A stretch of 57,251 bases of DNA, taken from a virus (Duplodnaviria > Caudoviricetes). Both the position numbers and the translations under genes were made by a program. Location: the IMG/VR virus record IMGVR_UViG_3300025723_000044, positions 1 through 57,251 of that record; one strand, given 5' to 3'. The notes under the pieces were generated by a model, which did no database searches, was not told the DNA's origin, and was given only the letters and a program-made list of their open reading frames with translations. Positions 53,084-57,251 of this stretch are shown in pieces (the first letter of the stretch is position 1; each line of letters starts with the position of its first letter).

Positions 53084-54643
53084 TTAATATTTAATTTCGT
53101 TCTCGAACATCTGGGTGATAAGTAAGTTATCACTCACCTTGGCACTCAAAGCCTTGAACATCTTCTTCTCAATGGGCGAGCCCTCGATGTGGATCACCGT
53201 GACCTTATCCGAGTCTTGCCCCTTGCGATCAGCCCGCGCTATGGCCTGTGTGTACTGCTCCACGCTCATCAATGGGCCATAGAACACCACTGTATCCGCT
53301 CTCGTTAATGTGATCCCGTGTGCCGTGGCTTGGGGTTGCATAACAAGTACCCTAGGGTTTTCCTCATTCTGGAATCTCCTAATGATGTCCGAGCGTTTAG
53401 GTGGGGATACCGCGCCATTGATGAACTCTGCGGCAATACCGCGCTTGAGCAAGTGCGCATGGATTGTGGATATCGTTGAGCGGAACATGGCAAACACAAT
53501 GACTTTGCGATCCGTCTCTTCGAGTATCTCTTCCAACACACCGAGCCTTGGCGCAGAGTCAAACTCCACCACTTCGTTGTCATCGGTATAAGCCGCACCG
53601 CAACTGATCTGCAAGAGCTTACTCACAGCAACCGCCGCATTGACTGCGCTGATCGTCTCGCCTGCGGCTTGCACAAGCATCTGCTCTTTAAGCAGGTTGT
53701 AGTACTTGGCTTGCTGTGGGGTGAGCGGTACTTCGCGGGTCATGGTGAGCACTGGCGGTAAGTCCAAGCATTGATCCTTGGTGAACCTGATTGCAGGTTG
53801 TAGCGCTTCATGCACTACGTCTTTGGCTTCGGGCTTTGGAGCCCACTTGTACATGGTCATCTTGTTCATAACCTTGTCACGCCAACCCGTATAGAACATC
53901 GGCACGCCCGTGGGATTCACGAGCTTGGCAAGTCCATACGCATCCACAGGCGACTGTGCGGCGGGTGTCCCCGTCATCATCCACAAGTGTGTGTCGGGCT
54001 TGATGATTGACTTCAATGCCTTCCACCGCTTGGTGGTCACCGTCTTGTAGGCGTTAGCCTCATCCACGATCACAAGATCAAAGCGCCCATCATTGTTAAC
54101 CTCATTGGCAATCAGATTCAAACCATCGTAGTTTGTGATGACGAACTCATAGTTCTGCTGAATCATCTCGATCCTGCGGGTAGCCTGCGCATGGTGCGCG
54201 ACAACGGCAGAGCGATGGATAACACTGTTGTTCAAGTCTGATAACCATGCAGCTTGCATGATGGATAGGGGGCAGAGAATCAAGCAACGCCTGACATCCC
54301 CACGATTCATCAAGTAGTCAGCCGCCCATAGTGCGGATAGCGTCTTGCCTGTGCCCGGCTCGGAGAATACAAACGCACGTTTGTGCATGGTCAAGAACGC
54401 AGAGGTTTCAACCTGATGCGCCATTGGTTTGAATCGACCCGGCCATGTGTAGCGCCTAGTGATGGGCGAGGGTACGTCTTTGACACCTAAGTTTCTTAGA
54501 ACGCGACACTCATCCAACCCCCAGTACACCGCCACCTCGTACCCATCATCTAGCTCAAAGACCTTGTGTTTTGGAATGATGCTGTATTTGGCTGGGTTTC
54601 TTGTGCGGAACACCAGAGCTTTATCTTCCACAATTTGCATCAT
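53084..54643 (-). CDS. SNF2-family SF2 helicase
   Basis: EPGTGKT, VIVDEA, MTGTP, HGITLT, QAIARADRKGQ. Confidence 0.92.
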   Translation of the reverse strand: MMQIVEDKALVFRTRNPAKYSIIPKHKVFELDDGYEVAVYWGLDECRVLRNLGVKDVPSPITRRYTWPGRFKPMAHQVETSAFLTMHKRAFVFSEPGTGKTLSALWAADYLMNRGDVRRCLILCPLSIMQAAWLSDLNNSVIHRSAVVAHHAQATRRIEMIQQNYEFVITNYDGLNLIANEVNNDGRFDLVIVDEANAYKTVTTKRWKALKSIIKPDTHLWMMTGTPAAQSPVDAYGLAKLVNPTGVPMFYTGWRDKVMNKMTMYKWAPKPEAKDVVHEALQPAIRFTKDQCLDLPPVLTMTREVPLTPQQAKYYNLLKEQMLVQAAGETISAVNAAVAVSKLLQISCGAAYTDDNEVVEFDSAPRLGVLEEILEETDRKVIVFAMFRSTISTIHAHLLKRGIAAEFINGAVSPPKRSDIIRRFQNEENPRVLVMQPQATAHGITLTRADTVVFYGPLMSVEQYTQAIARADRKGQDSDKVTVIHIEGSPIEKKMFKALSAKVSDNLLITQMFENEIKY

Positions 54644-54876
54644 TTATTGTCGCCCTGATTGGCGCTCTTGGCTCTTAGTCTCAAGTTGCCAGGCACAGTC
54701 TTACCACCTGCGCGCAGGGGTTTGATGTGGTCAATGTCTTTGCCCTTGCGGTCAATCTTCTCCTTGTCGTAGAGTTGTCTTGCTTTTTGGCGCTCGATCT
54801 GATCGGCTGTCTCGCCACTTTTCTTTTGCAATTTGTATGCGTGCTTGTAGTCACGCTTGCCGTTAACTTGCGTCAT
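54640..54876 (-). CDS. Small HNH-type protein
   Basis: GKDIDHIKPLRAGG...NLRL...AN. Confidence 0.75.
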   Translation of the reverse strand: MTQVNGKRDYKHAYKLQKKSGETADQIERQKARQLYDKEKIDRKGKDIDHIKPLRAGGKTVPGNLRLRAKSANQGDNK

Positions 54877-54885
54877 TTTATTTCC

Positions 54886-55548
54886 TTAATGTTTTGGATG
54901 ATGCTCACACGTTGTCACAGGACACCACGGGCACAGGGGCGTGGGCTTTGCGTTCCATACTCCTGTAGCGTGGGCTTGTTCGATCCGTGCAACTCGTTGG
55001 CGGTACTGCCACCACTCTCCTTCGGCTTGCTCCACCGTCATGCTGTGCTTGACCATATCTTCTTTGACTACAAACAGCAGGGCTGAGTTGACCTTTCTAA
55101 TGTGGGGCATATGTGCAAAGACCATGATGGACATGAGCTTTAACTGCTCACGATCAGGGTACTTGTTATTGCCCGTCTTATAGTCCACGACCCACGCCGT
55201 CAAGTTGTCGTCATCGATGATCAGCAAGTCAGCAATCCCCCGCACCCACACATCCTTGCTAGTCCATGTGGTAGGCTTGAGGTCGGCTGTCAAGGCCATC
55301 TGATACTCACACAGCTTGCGCCCGGGCTTCTTGATCAAAGCATCCAACGTACCTTGGCTGTAACTAAACTTCTCAGGTATTGCTGTGCCGTCTTTGATAA
55401 AGTCCTCCGCCGCTTTGTGAAACTCTGTGCCGTACCGCGTAGCGTCATTCTCAACGAACGGGAAGTTCTTCAAGACTTTGACTTCGTGATACCTGCGTGA
55501 GCACCCCTCATAGTCTTTGAGGGAGCTGTGTGACCATGTGACTTTCAT
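54886..55548 (-). CDS. PD-(D/E)XK (Cas4/RecB-like) exonuclease
   Basis: WSHSSL, G..FH, RGIADL, VDYKTG, QL..; Cys cluster C...CPWCP..TC. Confidence 0.88.
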   Translation of the reverse strand: MKVTWSHSSLKDYEGCSRRYHEVKVLKNFPFVENDATRYGTEFHKAAEDFIKDGTAIPEKFSYSQGTLDALIKKPGRKLCEYQMALTADLKPTTWTSKDVWVRGIADLLIIDDDNLTAWVVDYKTGNNKYPDREQLKLMSIMVFAHMPHIRKVNSALLFVVKEDMVKHSMTVEQAEGEWWQYRQRVARIEQAHATGVWNAKPTPLCPWCPVTTCEHHPKH

Positions 55549-55865
55549 TAGAACCTCGCTGATTTAATTGCTTTGGTGAGTTGCTTGGCAAACTCTGACA
55601 CAAACTTCTCGTCCTTGTTCAATGATGACTGACCCATATTGTTGAGTATGGCGTGAACCAACTCGTGCCAAAATGTCTCAGTCATCATTGCTTGGCTGTA
55701 GTTATGTCCCGTGACATTGCTCTTACGACCAAGTGTGATCCGTTGTGTTGAGTAGTCAATCATACCCATACGCCTTCGTTGTAGCATGGTTTCTACAATC
55801 TCGATGGAGTATTTCTTGTTACCAACTCTTATTGTTTTTGGTATTGGTGTTTTAGTTACTGCCAT
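55548..55865 (-). CDS. Small zincin-like HEXXH protein
   Basis: TFWHELVHAIL...DEKFV. Confidence 0.75.
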   Translation of the reverse strand: MAVTKTPIPKTIRVGNKKYSIEIVETMLQRRRMGMIDYSTQRITLGRKSNVTGHNYSQAMMTETFWHELVHAILNNMGQSSLNKDEKFVSEFAKQLTKAIKSARF

Positions 55866-55873
55866 GCTTCTCC

Positions 55874-57251
55874 TTAGTTTTTAGCTTCACCGTATCGTCT
55901 ATGTGCGCCACCCTCTGCGTCAAGCGGTATGCCCGGCATATACAGCGGCTCCATAGTCATTTGATCCAAGACCCAAGTCTTGGCTTCTTCCACCTCGGCA
56001 TCTGGCACGACGGCGATTAGCTCGTCGTGTACTGTGCCTGCTATGAAGTATCTTTTGGATACTCTGAGCATTCCGTCTGTCATCACAATGCGTGCGAGCG
56101 CCTGTGTGACGTTGTTCGTTATCTTTCCTGAGTACAGCTTGGTAGCGTCTGGCCCGTATACATACTGGCTCCTACCCTTGTCATCCTTCTCAATCCTCAA
56201 ATTGGGATAAAGAAGTTTCATTCCATTGGGCAATTCTATTTCTTCTTTGCGGAATGTCAAGCATTTATATTTGTACTCTTTTCCGTGGTACAGACTGTCC
56301 GTCATCAACCCCGCGCACATATCCCAAAATGAGACCACCTGAGACGCGGTGCTACGATAGATATCGATAATCTTCTTGGATGCCACAGCGTGCACCAATA
56401 GCTCCGGATCGCTACAGGTGTGTGGGATTTCCTCCAAGCGGATGACGTTATCATCCCAATCAAGAAAGCGGTTGATGTACTCGGCATCAACTTTCAACGT
56501 CTTAGCAAAGGCTTTCTCATACCTGATCGGCGGCGCCCCGAGAAACCCTGTGAGTAATTGCGAGGCAAACGATGCCCACCCGAGACCATACCCACAGCCA
56601 AGTAATGCGCTTTTTGCAGACTGCCTAAGCTCAGGGTGTGTTTCTTTACTAAGGCCGGGAATGTTAAACATCTGTGCGCCAAACGCGGCGTAAGGGTCAC
56701 GACCGCTCCGGAAGATGTTAAGCATATCTTCGTAGTCACTAAGCCATGCGAGGACACGCGGTTCAATCTGCGATAAGTCTCCGACAACCAATTGGTAGTT
56801 TTCGGGAGCCATAATTGCTTGTCGTAGGAATGACTTTCGTTTGAGGTTTTGCATATTGATGGCCGAGCCTTTTGCCGCCGACCAGCGACCCGATTTCGCG
56901 CCATAGTACGAGAGCGGAACTGGTAGACTACCTCGCTGACTGATGTCCAAGAACCTCTGCGCCCTTGTGCGTTCCGTGGTTGATTTAACCCGTAGACGCG
57001 CTTCACATAAAAGGGCAACGTCTTCACGTTCACCGTTGAGGAGCGCTTGAAAAAGAGCATCATTCTTGGCGAGAGCGAGGGTTTCTTTCCCTGTTGTTTT
57101 GCTGATCTTTGTAGGTGGAACCACCCCGAGTTTTTGTAGCTGTTCAGCAAACTTTGGATTCGACGCGAGCTCAGCTTCTTCCACGCCGAGGGTCTGTAGT
57201 AGTTTCTCACGGCTGTTCCTTTCTTCATCAATTGCATTGGATAACATGAGC
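55874..57251 (-). CDS. polA: DNA polymerase family A (N-terminus beyond window)
   Basis: SGRWS, NMQNL, motif A DLSQIEPR, motif B RQSAKSALLGCGYG, motif C TVHDE. Confidence 0.93.
   Translation of the reverse strand, partial: LMLSNAIDEERNSREKLLQTLGVEEAELASNPKFAEQLQKLGVVPPTKISKTTGKETLALAKNDALFQALLNGEREDVALLCEARLRVKSTTERTRAQRFLDISQRGSLPVPLSYYGAKSGRWSAAKGSAINMQNLKRKSFLRQAIMAPENYQLVVGDLSQIEPRVLAWLSDYEDMLNIFRSGRDPYAAFGAQMFNIPGLSKETHPELRQSAKSALLGCGYGLGWASFASQLLTGFLGAPPIRYEKAFAKTLKVDAEYINRFLDWDDNVIRLEEIPHTCSDPELLVHAVASKKIIDIYRSTASQVVSFWDMCAGLMTDSLYHGKEYKYKCLTFRKEEIELPNGMKLLYPNLRIEKDDKGRSQYVYGPDATKLYSGKITNNVTQALARIVMTDGMLRVSKRYFIAGTVHDELIAVVPDAEVEEAKTWVLDQMTMEPLYMPGIPLDAEGGAHRRYGEAKN

Noticed and set aside
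54886-55548. Cas4 as part of a CRISPR system
   Set aside because: Stand-alone PD-(D/E)XK nuclease in a typical phage replication module; no array or other cas genes.
1-57251. Stop-codon reassignment, tRNA genes, or terminal repeats closing the circle
   Set aside because: Genes are intact in the standard code with all three stops used; no cloverleaf noticed; the ends cut unrelated genes and the PolA N-terminus is missing.

Overview
The window is most of a ~60 kb tailed dsDNA phage genome with podovirus-like layout: terminase, portal, adaptors, nozzle and ejection proteins, and no tail tube, sheath or true tape measure. Both ends cut through genes. Three blocks are visible. (1) 1-7.4 kb: leftward early/accessory genes, including an M28/M20-type peptidase, punctuated by six copies of a palindrome GGGGACA-NCN-TGTCCCC and an origin-like inverted-repeat element. 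(2) 7.8-48 kb: a rightward morphogenesis block with TerS/TerL, portal, GroES-like co-chaperonin, scaffold, Mu-gpT-like major capsid, HNH, a structured RNA, small basic/His-rich proteins, tail fibres, lysis cassette, nozzle and ejection proteins including a 2673-aa polyvalent protein. (3) 48-57.2 kb: leftward replication genes (primase/DUF927 helicase, Cro-like HTH, SSB-like, SNF2 helicase, PD-(D/E)XK nuclease, family A polymerase). Best leads: a canonical -1 frameshift signal (A_AAA_AAG plus hairpin) in a lysis-cassette gene that adds a membrane anchor; a shared Phi-x-x-G-G motif across many late/internal proteins; a 30-His/69-aa peptide; the oriented palindrome and direct-repeat cassette system in the early region; an 18-bp operator at three control points; and a double-pseudoknot Mu-gpT-DE-like RNA that here looks like a 5' leader. 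All family calls come from motif recognition by eye; no database search was run. No tRNA, CRISPR array, integrase or reverse transcriptase was seen.
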